Of a DNA stretch of 64,000 nucleotides, positions 22,910 to 33,469 are shown one piece after another. Each line of letters begins with the position of its first letter. Within the stretch, counting starts at the first letter, position 1. The position numbers were made by a program, and so were the translations under genes. Where the stretch lies: sequence record MK250019.1; one strand, 5' to 3'. The notes beneath the pieces were generated by a model. It ran no database searches, was not told where the DNA came from, and saw only the letters and a program-made list of their open reading frames with translations.

Positions 22910-23752
22910 TCAATATACGTAGAGTTTGGAAGAATTTGCCAACAATTAGATATTCCAGAGTCTGAATGTGCACAGTTTGTTGTTAATCTTTGGAATTATG
23001 GTTGTGGACCATATATGCAACAGAAATATGAAGAGTATGCGAAGAAATATAATTGTGATGTAAATATTCAGAATTTGGAGTTGGAGAAAATTGCGGATAC
23101 AACAATTTTAACATCAAAGAAACATTATGCAATGGCAGAATGCTTTAAGGAACCTAATATTTTCTTGGAACCAATGGAGGAAGTTGTTTATAAAGGTTTG
23201 GAAATTGTTCAAGGATCTACACCGCCATTTGCACGTGAATGTCAGAAAGATTTTACACGTTATATGTTGCAGTGGTATCAGACACATAAAGAACGTCCAC
23301 CTTATGAAGAAATTATATCTCGTATTAAGGGTTATAAACAGCAATTTTTATTTAAAGATCCTGCCGATATTTCAAAGGGAAGCTCGATAGGAAATTATCA
23401 GAAATTTGTATTGGATGATAAGAATAAGTTAGTGTTTGGTGAACATTGTCCTATTCAGGTTAAAGCTTCAGGAATTGCTAATTTTATTTTAAATCAGCCA
23501 AAGAATAAGAAATATAAGGTTAAATATAATCCTATTAAAACAGCAGATAAAGTAAAGTGGTATTATGCAAAAGATAGAACATATGATTGTTTTGCATTTT
23601 TGCCAGGTGCTTATCCGATTGAGTATGCACCGGAGATTGATTATGATAAGCAGTTTGAGAAAATGATTCTTGAGCCTTGTAATCGTATTATTAAAATTAT
23701 CGGTTATACGACATTAACATCTAATTTATGTTATACTGCTGCACTTTGGTAA
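22778..23752 (+). CDS. polB: C-intein (44 aa) fused to family B DNA polymerase C-terminal fragment
   Basis: VYDIEVDDTHTFFANDILAHN then SIYV; downstream LELE, KKHYA, YKGLEIVQGSTP polB motifs. Confidence 0.9.
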   Translation: MNYDIQIEDIDVIEQLEDFNDEYVYDIEVDDTHTFFANDILAHNSIYVEFGRICQQLDIPESECAQFVVNLWNYGCGPYMQQKYEEYAKKYNCDVNIQNLELEKIADTTILTSKKHYAMAECFKEPNIFLEPMEEVVYKGLEIVQGSTPPFARECQKDFTRYMLQWYQTHKERPPYEEIISRIKGYKQQFLFKDPADISKGSSIGNYQKFVLDDKNKLVFGEHCPIQVKASGIANFILNQPKNKKYKVKYNPIKTADKVKWYYAKDRTYDCFAFLPGAYPIEYAPEIDYDKQFEKMILEPCNRIIKIIGYTTLTSNLCYTAALW

Positions 23753-23779
23753 TTTTTATAATTAAAATATTTTAATAAA

Positions 23780-24205
23780 ATGACGGAAAACGAAATAATA
23801 GATGCTATATCATTTATTAATGCACATAAAGATATAGTTGGATATAATATAGCAAGAAAAGCAACTGAGTTGATTTATAAATATGATGGTTATCCAGATT
23901 TGGATGATATTGAACATAAGAGATTATATGATTTTTATGAAAAACATAAAGAAGTATGTAAAGGTGGAGATTCATATAGATTAATTGAATTATATACATG
24001 TGGATTTACTAATACTTATGTATGTAATGTATGTAATGAATCATATGATTATACTAATTATGATAAAGAATGTTGGTCAGATGGAAAGGGAGAGAAATTA
24101 CCATTTTCGTTTATTGAAGTTGGTACAGGTATCGGACCATGTATAACTATAGTATGTACAGAAAATAATGATTCTAAAGATATTACAGATATTGATTCAT
24201 GGTAA
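23780..24205 (+). CDS. hypothetical protein
   Basis: 141 aa ORF with Cys pairs. Confidence 0.65.
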   Translation: MTENEIIDAISFINAHKDIVGYNIARKATELIYKYDGYPDLDDIEHKRLYDFYEKHKEVCKGGDSYRLIELYTCGFTNTYVCNVCNESYDYTNYDKECWSDGKGEKLPFSFIEVGTGIGPCITIVCTENNDSKDITDIDSW

Positions 24206-24235
24206 TAAAAAATAAATTATTTAATATAAAGATAT

Positions 24236-24496
24236 ATGAGATTAATTAAGATTGGTGCTGAATGGTGTGGTCCATGCGGTGTAATGGATAAGAGATTGGA
24301 AAATTTCAATGCATGCGACTACGTTAAATATGATGTTGATAATGAAGACGAGGAAACACTTGCAGTAATAGATAAGTATAATGTAAGAAATGTTCCGGTT
24401 ATTATTTTGGAAGGTGATAATGGTGATGAACTTAAGAAATGGGTTGGTCTTGTATCACTAAATGATATTAATGCGGAAGTTGAAAAAAATAAGTAA
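24236..24496 (+). CDS. thioredoxin
   Basis: WCGPC active site. Confidence 0.9.
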   Translation: MRLIKIGAEWCGPCGVMDKRLENFNACDYVKYDVDNEDEETLAVIDKYNVRNVPVIILEGDNGDELKKWVGLVSLNDINAEVEKNK

Positions 24497-24500
24497 TAAA

Positions 24501-24656
24501 ATGGGAGAAGAACTCACTAATGAAAATAGTGTTATATGTCAGTATTGTAATAAATCATATTTTTTTCTTTCTATGAAATGCCCATTTTGTGGGAAGTATA
24601 GAAATGATGGTTATTTAATATTTACTGTACCTATTAAAGATAATGAAGGATATTAA
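24501..24656 (+). CDS. small zinc-finger protein
   Basis: CQYC...CPFC. Confidence 0.5.
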   Translation: MGEELTNENSVICQYCNKSYFFLSMKCPFCGKYRNDGYLIFTVPIKDNEGY

Positions 24657-24748
24657 CACGCAGTTAATATCCTTTTCTTATTTAATAAAACTTTTAATTT
24701 ATTATCATGTATAATATGTGTAATAGAATTTTAATTAAACTTTAAATA

Positions 24749-26671
24749 ATGAATATCATAGACAATATTAATGAGAAAATAAATCCATGTGATGACTTTT
24801 ATAATTATGCTACAGGAAATTGGATAAAGAATAATCCACAACCTGATGAATATCCAACATGGAATGTATTTACAAAAATAGAAGAAGATAATATCGATAG
24901 GATTAGAGATATTATTACATCATCAAAAACTGATTCATCTGTAATTAATCACAAGATTAATGATTGTTATAATATTATTATGAATTATGATAAAAGAAAT
25001 AAAGATGGGAAGAAACCATTGATTTCTTATATCAATGAACATGTAAATAATCTTAAAACAAATATGGATGTAATTCTTGAATCTGCACGAAATAATATTG
25101 AAATGTTTTTTGATACATGGTTACAACCAGATAGTAAAGGATCAGGTAAATATGAAGTTGCTATATATCAGGATGGATTAGGTTTAGGAAATAAAGATTA
25201 CTATTTGAAAGATACTGAAGAAAATCAAAAATATATGAATGCATATTCACAATATATTATTGATTTATATGAATATCTGTATAATGATAATAATATTGCG
25301 TTAATGGAAAATAATAAGATATTATCAATAGAAAATTTATTGGCACCTGATTCATATTCAGTAGAAGAACTTCAAGATCCTATACTTAATTATAATAGAA
25401 TATCTGTTAATGAATTATCAGAAAAAACATGTTTTGATTGGCGATTATATTTAGATACATTAGGTTATACAGAAACAAATGAAGTTATTGTAAGTAATAT
25501 TGAATTTTTAAAGTGTGCATGTAAACTTCTCTTAACATTAGATACTTCTTATTTAAAGACTTTTTATGAATGGCAGGTAATTAATATTGCTGCAACAAAA
25601 CTTGATGATAAAATATATGACTTAGTGTTTAAGTATAGTCAGGTATTTACAGGTGCAAAAGTACAGTATCCGAAAGAAAAAAGAGCAATTAATAAGATTA
25701 ATAGTGTTTTTTTCGAAGTCATCGGACAAATTTATGTTAAAAAGTATTTTAATAAAGATTCAAAGAATGATGTTATTAATATTATTGAAAATTTAAAGTC
25801 ATCATTTGAAACTATTATAAATAGTCAAACATGGATGAGTAATGAAACAAAAGAAAAAGCATTAGATAAATTACATGCAATGAAACTTAAAATAGGGTAT
25901 CCAGATAAATTTGAAGATTTTTCTGATATTCCTATTGATATTAATTTAACATATTTTGAAAATTCATTAAATATTCAGGAATATTTTAGAAAGAAAAATA
26001 TGGAAAAACATTATAATAAGGAAATTGATTATAATGAATGGTATATGGATCCTCAGACTATTAATGCTTATTATGATTGTATTCAAAATGAGATTTGTTT
26101 TCCTGCTGGTATTCTTCAATATCCATTTTATGATCCTAATAGAGATCCTGAATATAATTATGGAGCAATAGGTACAATTATAGCACATGAAATGACACAT
26201 GCTTTTGATAATCATGGACGACATTATGATAAACATGGTATACTGAATGACTGGTGGACTGAAAGTGATTCTAATAAATTCAATGAATTAACAGATATAA
26301 CAAAAGAACGATTTAATAATCTTGAAGCTTTACCAGGATTAAAATGTGATGGTTCTTTAACTTTGGGTGAAAATATAGCAGATTATGGTGGATTGAAGAT
26401 TGCATATTATGCATGTAAAAATATTATGAAACATGGAATATGTACAACAAAAATTTGGGAACATAAATTCTTTTTAGCATATGCAAATAATTGGTCTGAA
26501 ATTACAACTGATGAAGCTATTAAGAATCTGGTCGCAAATAATGAACATACTATTAATCGATTACGTGTAAATGGAACATTACCTATGTTTACACCTTGGA
26601 TAGATTATTATAATGTAAAAAAGACAAATAAATTGTATTTGGATATAGACAAACGTGCAAAAATCTGGTAA
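24749..26671 (+). CDS. pepO: M13 family (PepO/neprilysin-like) zinc metalloendopeptidase
   Basis: PCDDFY, NAYY, HEMTH, GENIAD motifs. Confidence 0.95.
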   Translation: MNIIDNINEKINPCDDFYNYATGNWIKNNPQPDEYPTWNVFTKIEEDNIDRIRDIITSSKTDSSVINHKINDCYNIIMNYDKRNKDGKKPLISYINEHVNNLKTNMDVILESARNNIEMFFDTWLQPDSKGSGKYEVAIYQDGLGLGNKDYYLKDTEENQKYMNAYSQYIIDLYEYLYNDNNIALMENNKILSIENLLAPDSYSVEELQDPILNYNRISVNELSEKTCFDWRLYLDTLGYTETNEVIVSNIEFLKCACKLLLTLDTSYLKTFYEWQVINIAATKLDDKIYDLVFKYSQVFTGAKVQYPKEKRAINKINSVFFEVIGQIYVKKYFNKDSKNDVINIIENLKSSFETIINSQTWMSNETKEKALDKLHAMKLKIGYPDKFEDFSDIPIDINLTYFENSLNIQEYFRKKNMEKHYNKEIDYNEWYMDPQTINAYYDCIQNEICFPAGILQYPFYDPNRDPEYNYGAIGTIIAHEMTHAFDNHGRHYDKHGILNDWWTESDSNKFNELTDITKERFNNLEALPGLKCDGSLTLGENIADYGGLKIAYYACKNIMKHGICTTKIWEHKFFLAYANNWSEITTDEAIKNLVANNEHTINRLRVNGTLPMFTPWIDYYNVKKTNKLYLDIDKRAKIW

Positions 26672-26691
26672 ATAAAATAAAAACATATAAT

Positions 26692-26940
26692 ATGAGTACA
26701 ATTATTACTTCAACGTTATTGGTACTATTTGTGTTGTTGTTTATTATGCTTATTGTAATTTCCGGTCGTATGAGACGTGATTATGAAGATAAGTTACAGA
26801 TGGAGGAACAGCAAGGGAAAGAAGCATTTAGTGCTGATGTTATAAAGGAACAAGAGAACTCACATACAATTAATATTTCTTCAGAAGAATTATCTAATGA
26901 AGTAGAGGATGCGAGTATTGTAAATTTTAAGATTAAGTAA
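26692..26940 (+). CDS. hypothetical membrane-anchored protein
   Basis: N-terminal TM helix. Confidence 0.6.
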   Translation: MSTIITSTLLVLFVLLFIMLIVISGRMRRDYEDKLQMEEQQGKEAFSADVIKEQENSHTINISSEELSNEVEDASIVNFKIK

Positions 26941-26976
26941 AACGAGAATTATTAATAATAAAATAAGTTAGAAATT

Positions 26977-27438
26977 ATGATGGAATCTGTTATTGCAATC
27001 AGTGTAGGTTTCTTTATTATGATGTGTATTATTATAAAGTTTATAGTAATTAATAATATTCATGATATTCCTGATATTGTAGATAATACAGATGATGATA
27101 TTTAGAATACCTTGAAATAGGATGTTCAATATAAGAGTGTATAGGATGTTGATAGCATAGATGATATATCTATTAATAGTATTGATGTAAATATTGATAT
27201 TGATATTATTAACCATGATTTAACATTTAATAATAATGATGATGAGACATCTGATGATGATATACAATAGTTAATGCTTTTAATAGAACCTATAGAAGAT
27301 AATATTAAACAAGTTTCTGAGAATAATAGCAATATATTCTCAGAAACTTCTCGTATATTAAATTTTAGTGCAAAACATGAAAAAGAAATAGATTTATCTG
27401 GTACTACTTTAATTTCATTAAGATCTATTAAACAATAA
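26977..27438 (+). CDS. acidic membrane-anchored protein (153 aa, code 15; absent from track)
   Basis: ATG 26977 to TAA 27438 with 4 in-frame TAG; N-terminal TM, Asp-rich body. Confidence 0.6.
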
Positions 27439-27487
27439 TAGTAATTTTTTGTATAATATTTAAATGAAAATCTAATTGAAATTAAAT

Positions 27488-28036
27488 ATGAGTTATACTT
27501 ATAATGAAACACGTACAGATATGCCTGTATATGATGAAGGTACTCGTACGAGAGAAGATAAGGATATTATCTTTGTAACAACTTAGTCTGATACGGTAAA
27601 AACAGATATTGAAGAAGATGAACCTTGTGGTGATCCTGTAGATAAATCTTTTAATGTACCTATTAAAGAAAATAAGCTTTAGCCACTAAAACCTAATAAG
27701 ATTGTATTTAAGGAACAAGCTTAGATTTCTCACAAGAAAGAAGCAAATCCTATTTTTAATACAGATAATTTAAATGTGGTTGAACATCCAAATCATTATG
27801 GCGCAGGAAACGGAGGTTTGCAATGTATTGAAGCAATGCTTTAGACTTTCGGTAAAAATGCAACAATGGATTTTTGTAAATTGAATGCATTTAAATATAT
27901 TTGGAGATCTGATCATAAAGATAAGGAAGTTCAGGATATGGAGAAAGCAAAGAGATACCTTGAGTATTGGCATGTACTTGCAAAACTTAGTGGTAATTCA
28001 GATGATGGTTCATTCCATGCATATCTTAATAATTAA
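27488..28036 (+). CDS. DUF3310 (T7 gp1.7 nucleotide-kinase-like) domain protein (182 aa, code 15; absent from track)
   Basis: 4 in-frame TAG; VEHPNHY..CIEAM..FCKLNAFKYIWR..QDMEKAKRYL. Confidence 0.8.
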
Positions 28037-28144
28037 AATATTTTTTAAATTGTTAATACTTTATTTTTTTATTTAGGAAATATAGTGTATCTTTGTATTG
28101 TAAAAATAATGAATAAAGTATTAACAATTAAATATATAAAAATT

Positions 28145-28282
28145 ATGATAACATTTCTTTTAGGATTTTTCGGTATTATCTTGTTGTTTGCATTTGCATG
28201 TGCAGTAATTCCAGTACTATTTAGTATTATTGGTATGGTATTACAATTCATTTGGGCAATTTTGACAGGTGATATACGATAA
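28145..28282 (+). CDS. small hydrophobic protein
   Basis: 45 aa, downstream of TGTATCTTTG motif. Confidence 0.5.
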   Translation: MITFLLGFFGIILLFAFACAVIPVLFSIIGMVLQFIWAILTGDIR

Positions 28283-28381
28283 AAATAAAGTTTGTTTCAA
28301 ACTATAAATGAAACTGGCGGCCTGTTATATTTTTAAAAATATAACTTGTATAATTAATATAAAAATAAAAACATTTTAATT

Positions 28382-28654
28382 ATGCGTACATGGCTTGATA
28401 AAAAAACGAATCAATGGGTATCAGAAAGACCTGAAATTACATGGACAGGTTTAGTAGATATTAATACTGGTGAAAAAATATTCGAAGATGATACAATTTC
28501 TATTATAGATATTTGTACATATCCTATAAAAAACAGAGGACGTAAAATTATTATATTAAAACCTAATGATAAACATTTTAATATTTGGGCATGTCCTGAA
28601 TATTATCAAGATGAATGTAAACCAATATTAATTAAGAAAGGAGATACCAAATGA
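28382..28654 (+). CDS. hypothetical protein (YopX-like)
   Basis: TGLVDINTGEKIFEDD resembles the YopX motif. Confidence 0.5.
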   Translation: MRTWLDKKTNQWVSERPEITWTGLVDINTGEKIFEDDTISIIDICTYPIKNRGRKIIILKPNDKHFNIWACPEYYQDECKPILIKKGDTK

Positions 28655-29367
28655 CTGTAGAATATAATAAAGGTTCAGAATGGTTAAATACTATTTTTAA
28701 TAAGATTCCTTTTAGCAAAGACTTAGAGAAGTTATGGGATTCAGAAGAGTATTCAAAACATTATAAAACAGATCATGATACTATAGATATTTCTAAATAT
28801 GGTCCGTTTTTTGAGACTATTGAAGATGATATTTATAAGTTTTATGAACTTATGGAATATGGTTGTAATCATTTATGGATGTATTGGCCTTATAATAAAG
28901 AGATTGAAGATAACCTCATAAAGTTGGGTCTTATGTCTGGAAGAAATCGCAATAAACGTTGGTATAATGATCTTACAGAAATTAAGTATGAATATGATTA
29001 TGAGCCGGGATATATGGGAACTCTAATGAATACATTTGGTAATTATAATAAATGTTATTATGATGAAGATTCTATACGATTTTATCATTTTACATATAAT
29101 AGTAATTGTCAGTCATTTGGTGGTGTTGTTTTATTTGTAGATAGATTACATCATGATATTTATATATTTGGTATAGGTGAAGATGATGGTTGGATGTTTC
29201 CAGAAACTACATGGTACTATGATTATGAAAAATATGGTATAAACAAATACGAATTGTGGCAACTTTGTGCAATGGTAAATGATGTACATGTAGATAATTT
29301 TGATAACCAATTGATTATAGAAAAATTGTACAACGAGTATACAAAATATGAACACAAAAACATTTGA
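28651..29367 (+). CDS. hypothetical protein
   Basis: 238 aa ORF, ATGA coupling. Confidence 0.7.
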   Translation: MTVEYNKGSEWLNTIFNKIPFSKDLEKLWDSEEYSKHYKTDHDTIDISKYGPFFETIEDDIYKFYELMEYGCNHLWMYWPYNKEIEDNLIKLGLMSGRNRNKRWYNDLTEIKYEYDYEPGYMGTLMNTFGNYNKCYYDEDSIRFYHFTYNSNCQSFGGVVLFVDRLHHDIYIFGIGEDDGWMFPETTWYYDYEKYGINKYELWQLCAMVNDVHVDNFDNQLIIEKLYNEYTKYEHKNI

Positions 29368-29650
29368 TGAATGGTCAAAGTCGTTGGAAACAATGGACTT
29401 TGACCATTATTCTTTAGAAATGAAAAACACTATTTTAAAAGGTAATCTTCCGGATAATGAAAAGAAACTTTTTGAAATTTGTTTTGATTATGTATATAAA
29501 TTACATAAAGAAAATAAACCATTAGATGTAAAATTACTGCAAATTCATCTTGAACAAATTCATGATTTTGAAGAAGTAAAGATGCAGGATTTTATACGTA
29601 TAGTAATTTTATTAGGATATTGTGGTTTTAATATAACAATGTTGCATTAA
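29348..29650 (+). CDS. hypothetical protein
   Basis: 100 aa ORF. Confidence 0.6.
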   Translation: MNTKTFDEWSKSLETMDFDHYSLEMKNTILKGNLPDNEKKLFEICFDYVYKLHKENKPLDVKLLQIHLEQIHDFEEVKMQDFIRIVILLGYCGFNITMLH

Positions 29651-29710
29651 AATATAAACTTTATTGTAATTTTATAATAAAATATACATAATAAATTAAT
29701 TCAATTTTTA

Positions 29711-30733
29711 ATGGACGTTACTAAAATAAAAACATATTTAGCAAGTAATAAAGTTTGTTTTGTTACAAACTCATTAGCAATGCCGAGTACGTTATTAGTT
29801 TCATCTCTAAAAACATATATAGAATATATTCCTATATAGAATTTCTGGTTAATTCCTGGTATAAGAGATAATAAACCATTTTATGGAATAGATGCATTTC
29901 TTTTAATGTTGAATTATTTCTTATCAAATAAGAATTTTGATTATGTTATCTATATAGATGAAGATTGTTTTATAACTGATTTTTATTCATTAGTAAATGA
30001 ATTTATGAATTTTACAGAAAGTGGTTGTGTATTAGCAGGACCACAAGATGGTGGAGTTTTTTGTCATAGAAATCATAGTCGATTGATGATTAATACTTTC
30101 TTAAGTTTTTGGAATATAAAATTACTTAGAGATAAAAAAATAACATTTAATAATATTATTAATTATATTTCTAATGAATTTAAAAATAATTCCAATACTT
30201 TATATAAAGATTTTATACAGAAATTAATAATTAATAATGATAAATTATTATTTACGTATATGAATGAAAAATCAATGAATATGATAAACGATGTAAAAAC
30301 ATTTCGTGAAAGTAGAGTTGATTTACCAAATCATGAAACACCTTATTGTAAAATAGTAAGAGATGATCCTAACAACAAGATAGAGCCTCATCAAATTCCA
30401 TATAGTTGGGATGACGATGTTGCAGAAATTAATTTTGAACCTTATTATATAATTGAACAAGCATTAATAATATTATCTGATTCACCGATATATTATTTGT
30501 TTGGAACAGACTTATATGATTCAGATTATATAAAGAGAAATGTAACATTTGATACATCAGGATTAACATCTGCAATTTTTTCTTATAAACAAGATAATGA
30601 GTTTTATGATAGAAAATTGATTGCTGTTCATACATGGTTTAGCAGAGCATATACAAAATGGCCTCAAACAGAAGAACAGTTAAATCATACAAAACGAATT
30701 AATTCAATTATTAAGAATTTTTCTAGAATTTAA
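29711..30733 (+). CDS. putative GT-A fold glycosyltransferase (340 aa, code 15)
   Basis: ATG 29711 in frame via one TAG; FDYVIYIDEDCF DxD motif. Confidence 0.6.
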
Positions 30734-30800
30734 TATAAACTTTTTAATTAAATTCAACTATAATTAACATAATAAAAACATTTAATAAAGATTAATAATA

Positions 30801-31679
30801 ATGAATTTAGTTTTTAAAAATAAAGGTACTACTGCTGGATTTGCTGCATGGCTTTCTGCTTTTAAGGAAATTCAAAGTTCACTTCTTATTGAATGTGATT
30901 TGAAAGAGCAATGCTTTGTTTCGAAAGGATTTACTGCAGATCATACAGTTGTAAAGTATTCTAAGATTTCATTTGATAATGCAGGTTTGGAAATTCTCAA
31001 TATTAGAGATAATGATAATGTTGCATATTCAGTGGAAGAATGGAATGAAAAGTATAATGTACGTATTAAGATTGGTATCTTCATGATTCTACCTAAATTT
31101 ATTTCTGTAATTGATATTTTTAAAGATACAGATTTTAATTTTACTGTAGATTTTGATGTATATAAATCACATACTGGTGATGAATTTCATGCACAGGCAA
31201 TTAAGATTAAATCACGTACAAATAGTATGAAGGTAAAGGATTGTAATATCTCCGAGTTTGAACAGGTTTCAGATGATTTGTTCTTTACACGAATTAATGT
31301 GATTGATAAGCCGATGTCATTTGAGATTCCTATGAGTGTATTGAAGAATTTGACAAGTATTTCTGGTATTTTTGTAACAGATGCAAAGAAAGATATTATC
31401 AAATTTTATACAAAAATTGATGAAGGAACAAACAAATGGGGACTTTATGCGTATGATGATACAAATGAGTCTTATGATTATCTCTTAGGCTTTTTGACAA
31501 ATGGTGAAGGTGTAGAGAATAGTGTTCCTATTTATAGAAGTAATTTCTTTACAGCAATTAATTTAAAAGGTGGTGATGATAGTGTTATTATTACATTACC
31601 TGCAGATTCAAAACAGAAAGTACGTGTAGAATCAGTTGATGGTACTTCATATACAGTTTTATCAACTGTAACACAGTAA
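30801..31679 (+). CDS. conserved hypothetical protein, possibly DNA sliding clamp
   Basis: 292 aa, clamp-like size and alternating helix/strand pattern; function is inference only. Confidence 0.45.
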   Translation: MNLVFKNKGTTAGFAAWLSAFKEIQSSLLIECDLKEQCFVSKGFTADHTVVKYSKISFDNAGLEILNIRDNDNVAYSVEEWNEKYNVRIKIGIFMILPKFISVIDIFKDTDFNFTVDFDVYKSHTGDEFHAQAIKIKSRTNSMKVKDCNISEFEQVSDDLFFTRINVIDKPMSFEIPMSVLKNLTSISGIFVTDAKKDIIKFYTKIDEGTNKWGLYAYDDTNESYDYLLGFLTNGEGVENSVPIYRSNFFTAINLKGGDDSVIITLPADSKQKVRVESVDGTSYTVLSTVTQ

Positions 31680-31748
31680 TTAATAAATAATAATTTTAAT
31701 ATTTAATTTTATAAGTTTTTAAGTTTAATTTTTTAAAAATACTTTTTA

Positions 31749-32858
31749 ATGGCAAAATTTAATGAATTGACTCAGCGTTATGAGTGGGACGAACCTAAAG
31801 ATGGTTCATTTAATTGGACTCCATATGAAGATGGATGGAATGGTACTTCACTTAAGGTGAATAAGAATATTAAGACAAAGAATAATGAGAAGGTATTTAG
31901 TCATGAATCTTATGCACAGGAATTGTATGATGCATATGCAAATGTTCATGTAATTGGTAGTAAGGAACTTGTTAAGAATTCACTTGTTCATATTTCTGAT
32001 ATTGATACAATTGATGATGATACATTGATGCTTACTATTAATGGTGGTTCTAATAATGTAGTTGTTGACCTTAATAAGGAACATCAGTTCTTCAACCAGT
32101 TTAATGTTGGTGAAGATAAGACAATGGATAAGGAAATGTTTGTAGAAGCATTGAAGGATCCTAAGTTTAAGGAACAACTTCTTGGTATGGATTTGAATGC
32201 TAAGATTACAGAGGGTGATGTTGAGAAGGCATCTATCTGGAATGGTTATGTTGAAACACTTGAACGTGAGATGAAGGAGCAGATCACTAAGAAGTCTAAG
32301 GCATATTATGCGACAATTATGTCTACTAATAAGGGTGGATTTGTTGTTGATATTATGAATACCGTTAAGGCGTTTATGCCAGGTTCTATGGCTGCTGCAA
32401 ACCGTGTTACTGATTTTGAGAGTATGGTTGGTAAGAAGTTTGAGGTTATGATTGAATCATATGATCCTAATTATGGATTTGTAGTAAGTCGTAAGAAGTT
32501 CTTGAAGACAATGCTTCCTGTTAAGCTTCGTGAACTTGAGGATATGTTGGAAACCGATAAGGACCATGTATTTGAGGGTAAGGTAACAGGTACTACATCA
32601 TTTGGTGTATTCGTAGAGCTTGATGAATTTATTACAGGTATGTTGCATAAGACACTTGTAAAGGATGAGACACGTGAGGCTATGCGTAATAATGAGATTG
32701 TTGCTGGTTCAAATGTACAGGTATATGTACATAAGATTGAGAAGAATCGTGTAATTTTGTCAGATGTTCCATCTGATGAGCGTGATGCGGTTATTGCTCG
32801 CCGTGAGGCTGAAGAGGCAGCAGCAGATGCAGAAAAAGAAGAGAATAAAGTTAATTAA
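31749..32858 (+). CDS. ribosomal protein S1-like protein (two S1 domains)
   Basis: NKGGFVVDIMNTVKAFMPGS and GTTSFGVFVELDEFITGMLH S1 repeats. Confidence 0.85.
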   Translation: MAKFNELTQRYEWDEPKDGSFNWTPYEDGWNGTSLKVNKNIKTKNNEKVFSHESYAQELYDAYANVHVIGSKELVKNSLVHISDIDTIDDDTLMLTINGGSNNVVVDLNKEHQFFNQFNVGEDKTMDKEMFVEALKDPKFKEQLLGMDLNAKITEGDVEKASIWNGYVETLEREMKEQITKKSKAYYATIMSTNKGGFVVDIMNTVKAFMPGSMAAANRVTDFESMVGKKFEVMIESYDPNYGFVVSRKKFLKTMLPVKLRELEDMLETDKDHVFEGKVTGTTSFGVFVELDEFITGMLHKTLVKDETREAMRNNEIVAGSNVQVYVHKIEKNRVILSDVPSDERDAVIARREAEEAAADAEKEENKVN

Positions 32859-33154
32859 TGGAAAATAATAAACTTTTTGGAAACACTGCAGGTAATGTTA
32901 ATATGCCTGCAGTGAATCCTTTAGATTATCCATCTGAAGTATGTCCAAATTGTGGATGCGAAATATTCGTACCAGGTATTATATTTAAGAAAATTCCTGG
33001 TGTATTGATTGGACAAGGTTCAGATGATACACAAGTTCCTTTGAAGATTTTTTATTGTGCTAATTGTAGAGAATTAAGTCCGTATGATAAAAAAATTATT
33101 GAAAAAGGAAAGAAGAAAGTAGAAGAATCAAAAAAATCAAATTTAATTGTTTAA
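32858..33154 (+). CDS. small zinc-binding hypothetical protein
   Basis: CPNCG...CANC. Confidence 0.65.
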   Translation: MENNKLFGNTAGNVNMPAVNPLDYPSEVCPNCGCEIFVPGIIFKKIPGVLIGQGSDDTQVPLKIFYCANCRELSPYDKKIIEKGKKKVEESKKSNLIV

Positions 33155-33160
33155 ATTAAT

Positions 33161-33397
33161 ATGGAAGATATAAAGGTAATGCAACCATCTGATGGTAATA
33201 AGTTCTATATGTGTACCGTTGTAATCGATGCAGAAAATCCTGATAATGGAAAACCTAAGAAGCAAACAGAAGTTCATTTGATTGAAGGTCCAACAGTAGG
33301 TTTTGTTGAGAAAAAGGTAACAGAGCAAATGGCGGGAACTATGTTTTCATGGCATATAAAGAATATAAGTGAGTCAAAGATTCAATTTGTATATTAA
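33161..33397 (+). CDS. hypothetical protein (DUF4494-like)
   Basis: 78 aa; IKNISESKI ending. Confidence 0.55.
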   Translation: MEDIKVMQPSDGNKFYMCTVVIDAENPDNGKPKKQTEVHLIEGPTVGFVEKKVTEQMAGTMFSWHIKNISESKIQFVY

Positions 33398-33469
33398 TAT
33401 AAATTTTATTAACATAAGGATATTATCAAATTTAATTCTTTGATAATATCCTTTTTATTTTTATCTACT

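Noticed and set aside
28290-28330. Short hairpin gtttca...tgaaac plus GC-rich ggcggcc as a possible riboswitch
   Set aside because: Too short, and matches no riboswitch consensus I can support.
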